Assembly: GCF_021869535.1 (NCBI RefSeq)
Contig: NW_026262701.1
Coordinates: forward strand, 16,554,001-16,618,000
Reading direction: 5' to 3'
Length of the DNA stretch: 64,000 nucleotides
Source of the DNA: Mytilus californianus
Taxonomy: Eukaryota
This document shows positions 11,455-24,235 of the stretch, piece by piece (within the stretch, counting starts at the first letter, position 1; the number at the start of each line of letters is the position of its first letter). The notes beneath the pieces were generated by a model that did no database searches, was not told the origin of the DNA, and saw nothing but the letters and a program-made list of their open reading frames with translations. A program made the position numbers and the translations under genes.

Positions 11455-14400
11455 AGAGTCTTTTGAAGTTTCAAAGTTATAAATACGATCTTGTGGTCAC
11501 TATATTGATAGAGTATATGCTTTAGATCTCTTATTTTATGCTTTAAGGCTTCAGATATACATATTTTGTCTATTCTAGTTTTAGCACCTCTATTACCTAT
11601 AAAAGTATAACTTATTTTTAGGATATTTATATCTATAGTTATCCAATATATTTAACATGCTACACAATTCTTTATATAACAAAATTATATTGTTATCAAG
11701 TACTACATTTGGGTTTTTTGTATCAATCTGTTGATCTATACAATTAAAATCTCCTAACATAATATTTCTTTGCGATTCTACGTTTACACTTGCACAGTAT
11801 TCTATCATTTCTCTATAAAACATTCCTTGTTGTTCTGTGGATTTTGTAGGACTATAAATGTTAATTAGATTTAGTACTTTGTCATCAGTTTTAAAACTAG
11901 TATGTACCAATCTACCATTCAAAATATGGTTGTTAAAGTAATGGTTTGTACATTCAATATCTTTTTTAACCAATGTAACCACGCCTTTTGTATGCAACTC
12001 TCCTTGAGAAAAATATATTTTAAAGTCTGTATTAATCTCTAAATCGTTAATAACATTTTGCTTGATATAAACACATTCCTGCAATTTCACAATCTCCATA
12101 ATCTTTAATAATACCATCTATTTTTGTTTCAAAACTCCTTCTAATATTCACACTTATAATTTTCAAAATACTTAACATTAGTAGTGTGCTATAAAGAAAT
12201 GTTATTTTAGCATGCATCATTTTGAAATGTGAGTTGTAGGTGTTTGTACCTTTGTTTTCTTTTGTAAATGATCTTGCTTTTTGCCTTCTAAATGGGAAAA
12301 TGGTTATTGGAAAATGAATGATAGTTTATTGGACAAAGAACTTTATATCGAATACATAGATAACTTCTGGATAAATTGGAAACAAAGGAAGAGTAACTAA
12401 TATATAATAGGTTGGTGGGAAATTGGAAAGAAAAAAATCAAAGAAATGACAGTACGTTTCTCCAAAATATTAGTAGCTCGTGAAAGAAAAGAACTTTCAG
12501 ATACAAATATACAACTTGAGAATGAAGAAAATAAAACTCAGCCTGATCAAGTCACTATTAATTACTTAAGTGAAATCATGATTGATTTAGAAAATAGGGA
12601 AAAAACGGGTACAATAATACGATCAAGAAAAAATTAGTACGAAGACGACATAGATAACATTGACTTTTTTTTAAAAGGAAGAGAAAAAAAGAGGAGATAA
12701 GCGAGAAGTAGAAAGTGTATAAGACAAAAACGGGAAGTCATGCACATCTAAAAGTGAGGTGATTAAAGTAGTGACAGACTTTAATTCCGATGTATATAAG
12801 TCACAAAACATTGATAGACAATCAATGACTGATTATTTAGAAGACCTTGAACTAAATAAACTAACAGACGAAGATAAAACAAACTTTGATACATTTATAA
12901 CACAAGAAGAATAGATATAAGAAGATGTGGTATGAGTGCCAAGGAGACAACTCTCCATCCAAGTGACAATTCATAAAAGTAAACCATTATAGGTCAAAGT
13001 ACGGTCTTCAACACGGAGCTTTGGCTCACACCGCACAGCAAGCTATAAAGGGCCCCAAAAATTACAAGTGTAAAACCATTCAAACGGTAAAACCAACGGT
13101 CTAAACTATATAAAAAACGAGAAACGAGAAACACTTATGAACCACATCAACAAATGACTGACAACTACTGAACATCAGATTCCTGACTTAGGACAGGTGC
13201 AAACAATTGCAGCGGGTTTAACGTTTTAATGGTACCAAACCTTCACCCTTATCTGAAACAATAGTGTAACATCACAACATAGAAAGACACACTATAAAAT
13301 ATCAATTGAAATGGCTTAACTTAAATTATTAAAAGAATTCAAAATAATAAATCTCCCGGAGTTGATGGAATTGGACAGTCTTTTTATACCAAATTCTGGA
13401 ATATAATAGGGGAAGACCTGGTTGAAGTATTGAATAACGTGTACTTGAACGGAGAATTGACGGAATCAATGAAGACAGGACTAATATCATTAATTTATAA
13501 AAATAAGGGTAATAGAAAAGACCTGAAACAATGGAGACCGATAAGTCTGTTATGTGTCGATTACAAAATTCTTACCAAATTCTTAAGCAAAAACTTATCA
13601 AAAGTAATAAACAAACTGTTAGATACATATATTTGCTATTTGGACTTCTATTTATAAGCATTTATTTTTATGTGTATTTAACGCTTCTGTCTGTTTTGTC
13701 ATGATCGTATATTTTTGTAATCTATATCTAGTATATATTAATCATATATGTACCTATATGCGGTAAAACATTTGGTTAATAAAGAATTGTAATTGAAAGA
13801 ATCAAACAGGTGCAGGACCAGAAAAATTTATTTCAGACAATCTTTTGTCAATAGAAAGCATTTTGGAGTATATGGACTCAAATGACATTAGTGGTATATT
13901 AATTATAGCTTTTGACCAAGAAAAGGCTTTCGGTCGTGTTGAGCACGAATTTATTATACAAGTGTTAAAAGCGATGAATTTTCCGTCAAATTTTATAAGA
14001 TGGATTGAGATAATTTAAACCGACATAACAAGTAAGGTTATTATAAATGGAGCACTTAGCGACAAGATCGTAATTCCAAGGTCCATAAGACAAGGATGTC
14101 CAATTAGTATGAGTATATATGCTCTTATAATAGAAACATTAGCTTGCAAAATTCGTACAAACAATAATAAAACAAAACAGAAATTGAAAAAATTGAAAAT
14201 CCTAATACAACAAACTTTGACAATATAAACAAATTAATTAAAGACGAAATCAAAGTCCTTGGAATATGGTATGGAAAAACGCAGTGGAAATTAACTTAAA
14301 AGAAATATAATGGACTCGTAAACCAGATTAACAAATGGAAAAAAAAAGAAAACTTCGATATGAACATAAAGTTTTAATTTTCAACACTTATGTGCTTAGC

Positions 14401-15340
14401 AAATTCTTATATACTGCAAGGGTATATCCACCTAGTGAATATTATATAAAGAAAATAAATAAAGTAATTTATGATTTTTTTTCTGGGACAATATTGAGGT
14501 ATTAAACAGAACAACAATTATCAAACAATATAAAGATGGAGGGCAACAAGTACCAGATATCAAAATGAAAAGTGAAGCATTACTATTATACAGAGTATCG
14601 CAAGTTTTTACTGGGAATAAATCTGTATGGACATCATTATTTATATACTTTATAGGAATCACCACAAGAGCCATACTCCCAAAGTTAGCAGACAATATGT
14701 ATAGACACTCTGTGGTCACTATAGGGCAATATGATAGATTGAAATTCATATATCTAAAATATAAAAGTAATGTTATACTTAATAACAAAAGTTTTGAAGA
14801 AATTTATTTACAGCTGTTGGAACTAAACAATATTAAAACAAGATTGAAATACAATACCCGAATGTAAAATTCCAACATATATGGAATAACTTACAAAGGG
14901 TGAACAATCTGTATATAAGAGATTTTATTTTTTTAAGTTGTACATATGATATTACCAACAGGAGAGTGGCTCTCAAGGAGACATTTTTACAGGCAAACAT
15001 ATTTATAAATGTTGTTATTGTAATAAACATATGGAGACGTTAGAACATTTATTTACAGAATGTGTGATTTTGACATATTCAGAAATTTAGTTTGTAGTAT
15101 TATACAAAATGAGAAAAATTGTCATAATTTTAGTATGAATACAAATACATGTATACTGTTTGATATAGAATGATATAGACTTGATTCCATATATTTATGG
15201 GTATGTACATAGCATTTGGACTTGTAGATATATGCCAAAAGAACACTTATTACAAATACTATAAAGATAAACTTTTATACAAACATTTAAATAATATTGT
15301 ACAGTAGTTTATTTCTCTCAAAATAAAATTTAAATAACAA
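11455..15340 (+). mobile_element. L1/Tx1-clade LINE ORF2, degenerate, with an inverted 5' segment (11455-~12288 on minus)
   Basis: Minus: ATG at 12178 MLSILKIISVNIR..., LGDFNC, TRIDKI...SDHKIVF (APE domain). Plus: GYWKMNDSLLD (~12300), KSPGVDG, WRPISLLCVDYKIL, DQEKAF, IRQGCP, and C-terminal CCYCNKHMETLEHLFTEC (~15020-15062). Confidence 0.9.
12912..13325. mobile_element. Short non-autonomous repeat inserted in the L1/Tx1 ORF2
   Basis: Starts ATAGATATAAGAAGATGTGGTATGAGTGCC...GAGACAACTCTCCATCCAAG; the same start recurs at ~17385-17450. It interrupts the RT-flanking coding sequence. Confidence 0.65.
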
Positions 15341-18200
15341 AGCACAATGATGAGAAAGTTGACATAAAACCATCAACATCGACCCTAATATAGGTGATCA
15401 AAGTGGTGTTAAAATGTGGTTTTTTTTTCCTTAAGATTTTTATTACATTTAAGTTGTAATCTTTTTTTGACTCTAGCTTTAGACTTCCTTCTTAACATAT
15501 GTAATCACAACTAAACTGAACTCAAAACTTTTATAACTCGCTCGGGAGAGTGTCCTTTGTTGAATATGCATATAGACCAAGGTGAGCGACACAGGCTCTT
15601 TAGAGCCTCTAGTTTATTTAGCTGCCAGTAAAGACAATCAGTTTCTGAGTGTTGTTGGAAAGTTTGTTAAAGTCAATATGAGTTCGCTCTATTTATTTTT
15701 CATGAAGCTATATTAGTATACTATAAACCAATGGTTTTATTACAATCTTATTGTATTATGATTGTTTATTTAAATTCTATGTATCTATGCTAACCAATAT
15801 ATTTTTTTTCTTATAAATGTATGCTCTGTAATATTAACATGCCCTTTGTGTGCCTTAATTGGTAACAAAAATGTTCTTGTTCATTTCAGAAAACACAAAT
15901 CTTATTGAACAAAATGTATGTTTGAAGAAGCGAAAAAGAAATTGCAATAGACTTAAAAATAGACCTGTATGTTTCAATGTCTGTTCTGATCTTTAGTGTT
16001 ACCTTCATGAAGATAAAATTAACAACTGTTTAAAAGGCTTTGAAATGCACACAAATGTTAACAGGTTTGTTCATTTGCATGAAATAAATATGGCTAAAAT
16101 ATCGTTCCGAAACATGAACATTGCACTGATACTTTTATTGGAATATATTGGGGTAACAAGTCATATTCTGATCGTAAGCTTTCATGTCGACGTCTGCCGG
16201 TAGATAGCGCAGCATTATAATCACACATGTATTACCTGTTGTCTTAGGTCATCCTGACACTCCAACATTTGCGCCAGAAACATACCCACGGCCAGGAACT
16301 TCAATAAGTTAATTAAGAACTTTAAAATTGTCACCAAATACCGTTCTACGTTTAGGGGGTAAAGACAATCAGCATGTGGTAATCGTTTATTTGCATTTTC
16401 TACATTTACACGTGATCATCGTAAAGGTGCTTTTTGTTTGGATGCAGCCAGTTACAACTGCGACCAATAGAGATCATTACTTTGTGTCTCCGAAATTCTA
16501 TCTCAATCCGCCAAGGGTGGAGAGGAGGGGAATGGATCGTAACCCTGGGCTAGCGAAGATGCTCCCATATTGAAATCTCATCATGCAGAAGTTCACCTAA
16601 TGTGTTCCTTTCCTAGCTATCCAATATCAAAGAAGTGGAATATATTTTATCATAATCCTTTGGTAATCAATGCAAATAGTGTCTCCTCCATGACAGTCTT
16701 GAACATTAAAACTAAATATTAAATAAACAACACTGCTAATGTTTAGTGTTTGGTTCAGGTTGGCTGTCATTGTGCAATACAGTTTAATATAGAATACTAT
16801 GGAAAAAAACAGAGAACACTTTTTGTCAGAAAACACTGTCAAACATCCAAACATACTATCCACACTGATCTGTGTCCAAACTTGTTATGCAGTATAAAAT
16901 AACAAGTTCACCCTTGGTTTAAAGCAAGGGGGGGTTCTTTCTCCTATTTTATTTCTTTCTAATTGAATGATTTTGAAAAAGAATTTATTGCTAATGGTAA
17001 TTGTGTCTTAGATTTGCAAGATAAAATATTATATTTGTTGATGTATGCTGATGATATGATTTTGATGTCTGAAACAGTTGAAGGTTTACAGGAAAAGTTG
17101 AATATTTTGTCAATTTACACAGAAAAATTGGGATTGTCTGTTGATACAAAGAAAACAAAAATTGTTGCATTCCGGATGGATGGAATTGTACGGCCTAATG
17201 AGTCATGGGTCTATGACGGTCAAACAGTGGATATTGTAGAACTATTTTGTTATTAAGGTGTATTACTACCATAATATGTAAATTTCTTAATACACAGAAA
17301 CATTGTGCAGAAGGGGTAGAAAAGCTATGTTCAGTATGAGGAGAACTACTTCATCACTATGTTTAAATATATTTACAATGCTAATAGATATAGGAAGATG
17401 TGGTATGAGTGCCAATGAGACAACTCTCCATCCAAGTTACAATTTATAAGTCTGTTTGATACTTATGTTAGTAATATATTAATGTATGGGTGTGAGATAT
17501 GGGAGTACACAAATCTCCTATGATAGAAAAGGTCCATTTGGCCTACTGTAAAATTTTATTACGTGTCAAAAAAAAATGACTTCAAATGTGATGGTCTACT
17601 TTGAATCAGGTAGATTTCCACTGCAGTATGAGTGTAATTTTAGAATACTTAAAATTTTGGTTCAAAATTTTAGTGAGTGACAATTGTATATTAAGGCCTT
17701 GTTATAAAGAGCTTATGTTAAATTGTTAAAAATGTTTGAATTGGGCAACATAATATGTAAAAAGATTGTTATATAGACTTGGTATGAATAATTTGTGGGT
17801 TAATCAGTGGTTGTTGAATGTAGACAGCTCAAAATTACCTTTAATAAGAAAGCGTTTGTTTGGTCAAGCTAAACAATAGTCACATTTTTTATTAGATTCT
17901 TCTGCAAAGTGTAGATTATATAAGTATGTGGTAACAAATTTAATTTTGCAATTTTATTTACAGAAATGCATTCCTGTACTTTTTCGTAAATGTATAACAA
18001 GGATTCGTTTGTCTTCACATAACCTTAAATTTGTATTGAAACTAGTTGGAACTGTAAGAAATGAAAGAAGTTGTATTTTTTTGTGGTTTAAGAATAATAG
18101 AGGATGCATTTCATTTCATTCTTCAATGTAGCAGTTAAACTGATTTGCGTAAAAAATATATCAAAAAATATTACTGGTCTAGGCCATCAACTTTCGAGTT

Positions 18201-19513
18201 GACTTACTTTGACTTAATCCACTTCGTCCCATGGGGGACATAGGGCGACCACAGTAGCTTTCCATCTTTTCCTGTCCTTGGCTAGTTTCTTTGCTTCACC
18301 CCATGTTTTCCCAATTTTCTGTAGATCAGATGTAAGATCTCTGCGCCAGGTGGATTTTGGTCGCCCTCTTTTACGATGACCCTGAGGATTCCAATCTAAC
18401 GCCTGTCTAGTTACATTTGTGTTGTTTTTACGTAAAGTGTGTCCAATCCATTTCCATCTGCGTGTTGTTATCGTTCTTTCTATTGGTTCTTGTCTTGTCC
18501 TTTTCCACAATTCTTTGTTGCTAATGGTGTTTGGCCACTTGATTCCAATGATGTTTCTTAGACACCTGTTTATGAAAACTTGTAATGTTTTCGTAGATGC
18601 AGCTGTTAGTCTCCAAGTTTCTGACCCATAGAGAAGTATAGATTTTACATTTGAGTTGAAGATCCTGATTTTGGTGTTTGTTCTAAGTGCTTTGCTCCGC
18701 CAGACTGGTTTAAGGATAGCAAAGGCTTGTTGAGCTTTTCTTTTTCTTGATTGGATGTCTTCATCTGTCCCTCCTGATGTACTGATGACACTTCCAAGAT
18801 ATGTAAACTCTCGGACATCTTCAATTTCAGCATCTCTCACTTTGGTTTTGTTAAGTTGGTTTGCGTTTACCCTCATAGATTTTGTCTTTTTCGAATTGAT
18901 GTATAGTCCTACTTGTTTTGCCGTTGTTTCAAGGTTGGTTGCTTGGTTTTGTGAGTCTTCAAGGCGATGGGAAAGCTGGCAGATATCGTCTGCAAAGTCA
19001 AGGTCTTCGAGGCATGACTGTAATGTCCATTTAATACCTAGAGGAGTGTTGTATGATTTCCGACTCACCCAATCTATAACTATCAGAAAAAGGAGAGGGG
19101 AAAGTAAACATCCTTGTCTGACACCGGTTGATACAGGAAATGGATCTGTCAGAGTCTCTGCATGGCTCACTTGACATGTAAAACCGTCATAGAGCTGTTG
19201 GATGACGGATATGATTTTTTCAGGTATTCCATAATATCTAAGGATGTTCCACAGTACTTGATGGTCTATACTATCAAAGGCCCTCTCGAAATCTACAAAT
19301 GTTAGGTATAGGGATGTCTGCCACTCAATGGTTTGCTCAATGATGATTCTTAATGTGGCAATTTGGTCAATACATGATCTCTCTTGTCTGAAACCGGCCT
19401 GTTCATCTCTCAGTAACTTATCAACTTCTTTCTTTAACCTCTGTAGGATGATGTGACATAGGACTTTGCTAGGAATGGAAAGCAAAATAATACCTCTCCA
19501 GTTGCTACAGATT
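18201..19513 (-). mobile_element. 5'-truncated RTE-clade LINE with an open RT frame
   Basis: NWRGIILLS, EQAGFRQERSCIDQI, FVDFERAFDS, GVRQGCLLSP, DFADD...ALCPPWDEVD*. 3' tail TAAGTCAAAG-TAAGTC(AA). Candidate TSD GAGTT at 18196-18200 and 19514-19518. Confidence 0.9.
18214..19513 (-). CDS. RTE reverse transcriptase, N-terminally truncated (the first ~38 aa of the track ORF are flanking DNA)
   Basis: Track ORF 18214-19629; RT homology begins at CSNWRG. Confidence 0.8.
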
Positions 19514-20058
19514 GAGTTAATAGAATTATATTCTGGTAAAAACAAAAAACTGCTTTGTAACTTAGCAAAATATATACAGTTCTCTCTTAACTTAAGAAAC
19601 AGTTTATTGTTAAGATATTTTGTAATCATGAAACTTCTGACGTCACCTATTGTTATAATTTATGCATATTGTTAATATTATTTGTAACATGCCATATGTA
19701 TACACTGTATTGAATAGTGATGAGCCGTAATGCTCAAAGTTAATTTTAATAAATGATTTGAATTTGAACCTTAAATGAATACGGATGATTTTGCAGTGTA
19801 AAATAATTATTTTTTTATTATAAAAATATAACAATTAATCACAAGAACTTTAAATAAAAGCTTGATTAAGTGAATTCAATCAATCATGATTTTGATTTAG
19901 ATAATTAAGCGGTTACAACTGGCGTTACTCTGAGGCGTTACTAATTAAGTTTGGTTCACGATCACCAAACAATTGTTGAATAACAAGCCAATTATAGATT
20001 TATGATTTCAATGATTTTAACAAGTCATTATGCTGATTACATAATTATATGTTGCATT

Positions 20059-21318
20059 CCCTTACTGAAAAAATCAGCCTCCTGCAAATAGATGCTGCAA
20101 GTCTGCAGCGAACTTGCTGCAGACTTGCAGCGAACACAGAGTCTGTATTTGCGGCATGTTTGCTGCAAATACGCTGAAGGTCTGCTGCAAACAATTTACC
20201 ATGCAAATGAGTGTTTGCTGCAGACCTGCTGCAAACATTTATATGCAAATGAGTGTTTGCTGCTGACCTGCAGCAAACATATTTATGCAAATTAATCTTT
20301 CACCTGCGTGTTTGCAGCAGACCTGCTGCGTGTTTGCTGCATACTTGCGGCAAACATTTATATTCAAGTTAATGTTTCTCCTGTGTGTTTGCGGCAAACT
20401 TGCAGGTACTACATAGTACATTATACAATTAACCAATGTCATGTTGTGTACACATCACATTATCTATATTACACAGCAAATTCTGAAAAAGTTACATACA
20501 ATAATTCAAATACTTTTTCATTTGCAAAATCATCATAGCATAAGTTAATACCTTTTAAAAATTAATTTAAAGTTTTGTTGTTCACGTATGTGCTCAAATG
20601 AATTGCATGCATTAATATCTAAAATACAAAACAGATTTATTTGAAATTTTATTGTGTGCATATATACAGTTAGTTAGAATAATATTGTCACAGAATTCTA
20701 CTTGACTTAGAACAACATAATATTTTAAAATAAGTTATAATCTCCAAACATACTAGAGAGTACTGTATATTTGTTGCATGTTTGAAAATGTTTTTCAAAC
20801 ATTCATGCAGCTATTTGTGGAGGGGACCCATTTCATAAGTTTACACTTCTATGAAGATTTGTACTTACAAATAATGTCTTTGAAAACTAAACTTTTCCAA
20901 CCTAAAATGCCTCCCTGAACACTAATATATAACATTTATAACATGACTCAAACGCCATCAACATTTTCATATTTCAAATCTTCATCTTCCAGGAAGTTAC
21001 CAATAGGCATGCTCATTCATTTTATGTAATTTTTGCAATGCTCTTGCAAGCATATAGAATTGTCAAAGATTCAGTCTGCAATCTAGCTGCGAACATCTCT
21101 TAAATTTTAGTTTTTCCTGCAATCTTACTGCAAACATAATTGTTTCTGCAAACTTGCCGCAAGCTTGCAGCAAAAAGCTGCAATGTTTGCAGGAGGTTCG
21201 CAGCTAGCTGCAAACATCTGCAAACATTATTCAAAGGGTTCCTGCAAGGTTTTTGTTTGCAGCAAACATGCAGCAAGTCTGCAGCAGATCTGCTGCAAAC
21301 ATTTCAGTTCTGTAAGGG
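20059..21318. mobile_element. Non-autonomous TIR element (CMC-like) with dense subterminal repeats
   Basis: Termini CCCTTACTGA / TCTGTAAGGG. Many GCAGCAAAC/GTTTGCTGC-type motifs at 20080-20405 and 21075-21300. No direct TSD found. Confidence 0.65.
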
Positions 21319-21809
21319 AATTAGTTTGTAAATATCTATTTATCTCTTCTGTGTGTGCGTTATAAAAAAAACTTTATACCTCACCCCACCCCATGATATC
21401 CCCAAGTTATCATGGAAAATGAAATCAATACTTATATGCTGATGCTGCTTTACAAACAGTACCAATCATACTCATTTTACAAACAGTACCAATCATACTC
21501 ATTTAAAATAATTCATCTGAATGTACCCTGGCAATATTAAGCCATGCAGAGACATATAATTATTATATATACATTAATCATCGATACTATTTACGTAAAT
21601 TACATTTATCCAGGGACTTTTCATACTAAAGTTAGTATAGAAAGTCCCTGATTTATCCTGATTCAAATACGTCACCAAATCCTCCGAAGTTAATATACAT
21701 AATTCATTATTTTTTTAATGGGGCCGGATCAACTTTGGGCCGGATCGACGTGGGACATCCGACTTGGGGCCGGACAGGCTTGTTGACGGAACGACCTGAT
21801 ACCGATCTT

Positions 21810-24235
21810 AAGCTACAGCGATAAAAAAACTCAATTGTAGAAAAGCTGCTGATGAATTTGGAATCTCATCTGAACATCTTAAAAATTCTCCGTACTCTGT
21901 TACAACGTTTCTCACAAACCTATTTGGAAAAATTCTGAAAGAACGAAAGTCCCTGGCAATCTCAAATCTGGAATTCTTACACCAGTATTGAGAAATGGAA
22001 AAGAAGCATCTATTATGGACAATTACAGAGGCATTACAGTGACGCCTATTATCTCCAAGCTCTTTGAAAGTTCCATCCTCCCAGGTCTTTCCAAAATCTT
22101 CTTGCTTTCTACTCTCCAATTTGGCTTTACAGAGGGACTCTGCATGCTAATGGCCGCTTTTATCATCAATGAAGCGCGAGCTGAATCCAAACATACAACA
22201 TTAGATTCATTATTTCTCATGACAGTAGATAGTAAAAAAGCGTTTGATGTAGTAGACCACATTATAATGATGGACAAATTCTATGAAAATATTCCAAATA
22301 GCTCATTATGGACAGTTATCAAGGATTTCTATTCGGGACTGACATCAAAAGTCAAATGGAAAGGTATCCTCAGCCACTCTTTTGGCATCAAAGAAGGAGT
22401 AAGACAAGGAGGAGTACTGTCACCCTTTCTATATAAAATGTATGTGAATGACCTCCTTGAGGACCTAAAAACACATAATATCGGATTAAAAATTGGAACA
22501 ACCTACGTAGGCTGCCCAACATGTGCAAACGATATTGCTTTCTTGAGTAGCGACCCGTCAGAACTTCAAACAATGGTATCTACCGCTATCTGGCATTCTA
22601 AACAGGACCGGGTAACGCTGCACCCTGAAAAAACTAAAGCTGTCATTCTCAATAAATCCGCAAAAATGGATAGATCAACACTAAGTTGGACATTGGACAA
22701 CACCACCATATATCCTTCCAAAGAAACAACCCATCTGGGAATCATAAGATCAGAACTAAAAGAAAACGACCTTAATATTGATGCTAGAATGAGCATAGCC
22801 AGGAGAACACTTTATTCTCTTATTAAAACCGGAGTACATGGAACTAATGGATTAAACCCGGCAACATCTTATAAAATCTACCAGTGCTATGTTTTACCAA
22901 GACTGATTTATGGATTGGAAATTTTACCACTAAACAACTCCCAGATGGACAAATTAAATATATTTCATTTAAAGAACTTGAAAAGCTTCCAATCTCTACC
23001 TATCAGGACAGCAAACTGTGCAGTATTATTACTTATCGGAGCATTGCCCCTTGAGGCAGAAATACACAAAAGGCAACTGACATTCCTCCATAATATACTT
23101 TCATGCGAAAACAGTACAATTAGGGATCTCTCTGAGCGTCAAATCCTCATGAATATGCAAATCCAATAAGCTTCTTTAACAGGATCCAACCGCTTCTAAC
23201 AATATATCAACTACCAGAGATAACTGCTCTCCAACAACGCTTGCCCACTAAACTATCGTGGAAATCTACAGTTAAATCATCTATCCGTGAGTTCTGGACA
23301 CAAAAATTAAAATCTGATATATCACAAAAATCTACCTTAAAACATTTAAGTCAAAACTGCCTAACCTTTGGATCCACTCACCCATCCTGGAGCAGTCTAA
23401 ATTCAACTATCTCAGATATAAAGAAAGGCACTGTAAAAGCACGACTAATTACTGGAACATATCTCTTACAAAGTCTAAAATATAAATATTCAGGAGGAAA
23501 GGAAGCACCTACTTGTAAATGCTGTGGATTGAGCGATGAAGATGAGATTCATTTCTTGCTAGACTGTCCGGCTCTATTTAAACAAAGAAAAGAAGCTTTT
23601 CAAGAACTGAAAATGTATACAACATGTACAATAAACATCATTGGGCCACAAACTTGGAAAAACACTTTCTCAAAGAAACAAGATACTGTACAGCTTGTAA
23701 TCGACTGTAGCCACTTCTGTGCATTATTCAAGAAGCAGGACATTATCAATATCCATAATCTTTCGGCAAGTCTATGCTATAAACTTCATACACATAGAAT
23801 CAGACTTTTAAAGTAATAACTCAGATATATAGGATACAAGGAGATGATCATAAACTGACATTGTATATAATGTGGCTACTGAACAGTGCTTTGCCAAATT
23901 TTTGTATGTATGTATATAGACAGATAAACAGGGAGAGACAGGGTATTCTTCCCGCTTAACTGTATAAAGTATCCTTGTACTAAGATTTTAAGTTTATTCC
24001 CGCTTAACTTTTACTGTACAAAAGTATCCTCTTAGATTTTAAACTTAGTCGCATATATAAATTTTAAAATTAATTCCCCATATTTATACGGTTTAAAAGT
24101 GTCCTTTTAGATTTTAAATTTATTAGCATAAATAAATTTTAAAAATTGTGTGACACATTTCAATACACATACAGAAAGGCTGTATGTGGTGTTCTAGAAT
24201 GGAAGGATATCCATGCAATAGAAGAAGAAGAAGCT
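21810..24235 (+). mobile_element. 5'-truncated RTEX-like LINE, degenerate
   Basis: ORFs 21988-23169 (DNYRGITVT, LQFGF, GVRQGGVLSP, VGCPTCAND where ADD is expected) and 23241-23816 (CKCC..DEDEIHFLLDC). (AGA)n tail TAGAAGAAGAAGAAG at ~24219-24233. Subclade tentative. Confidence 0.8.

Larger units (their letters stand above)
11005..15612 (+). mobile_element. Helentron-type non-autonomous element (HINE/pearl-like), split by the L1/Tx1 insertion
   Basis: 5' part GTGAGCTTTTCTCATCAC..GCGTCC(GTC)n at ~11010-11150; 3' part GGTGAGCGACACAGGCTCTTTAGAGCCTCTAGTTT, with a short hairpin, at ~15580-15612. Pairing of the two halves is inferred. Confidence 0.45.
16860..19765 (+). mobile_element. Degenerate non-LTR retrotransposon (CR1/L2-group-like), 3' part split by an RTE insertion
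   Basis: GLKQGGVLSP and LLMYADDMILMSETVEGLQ (ORF 16963-17256). The C-terminus YYWSRPSTF|ELIELYSGKNKKLLCNLAKYI is rejoined when 18201-19518 is removed. Tail AATAAATGATTTGAATTTGAA at ~19750. Clade assignment tentative. Confidence 0.7.

Noticed and set aside
19520-19629. N-terminal part of the 471-aa ORF
   Set aside because: It is the antisense of the host LINE's 3' end, outside the RTE insertion.
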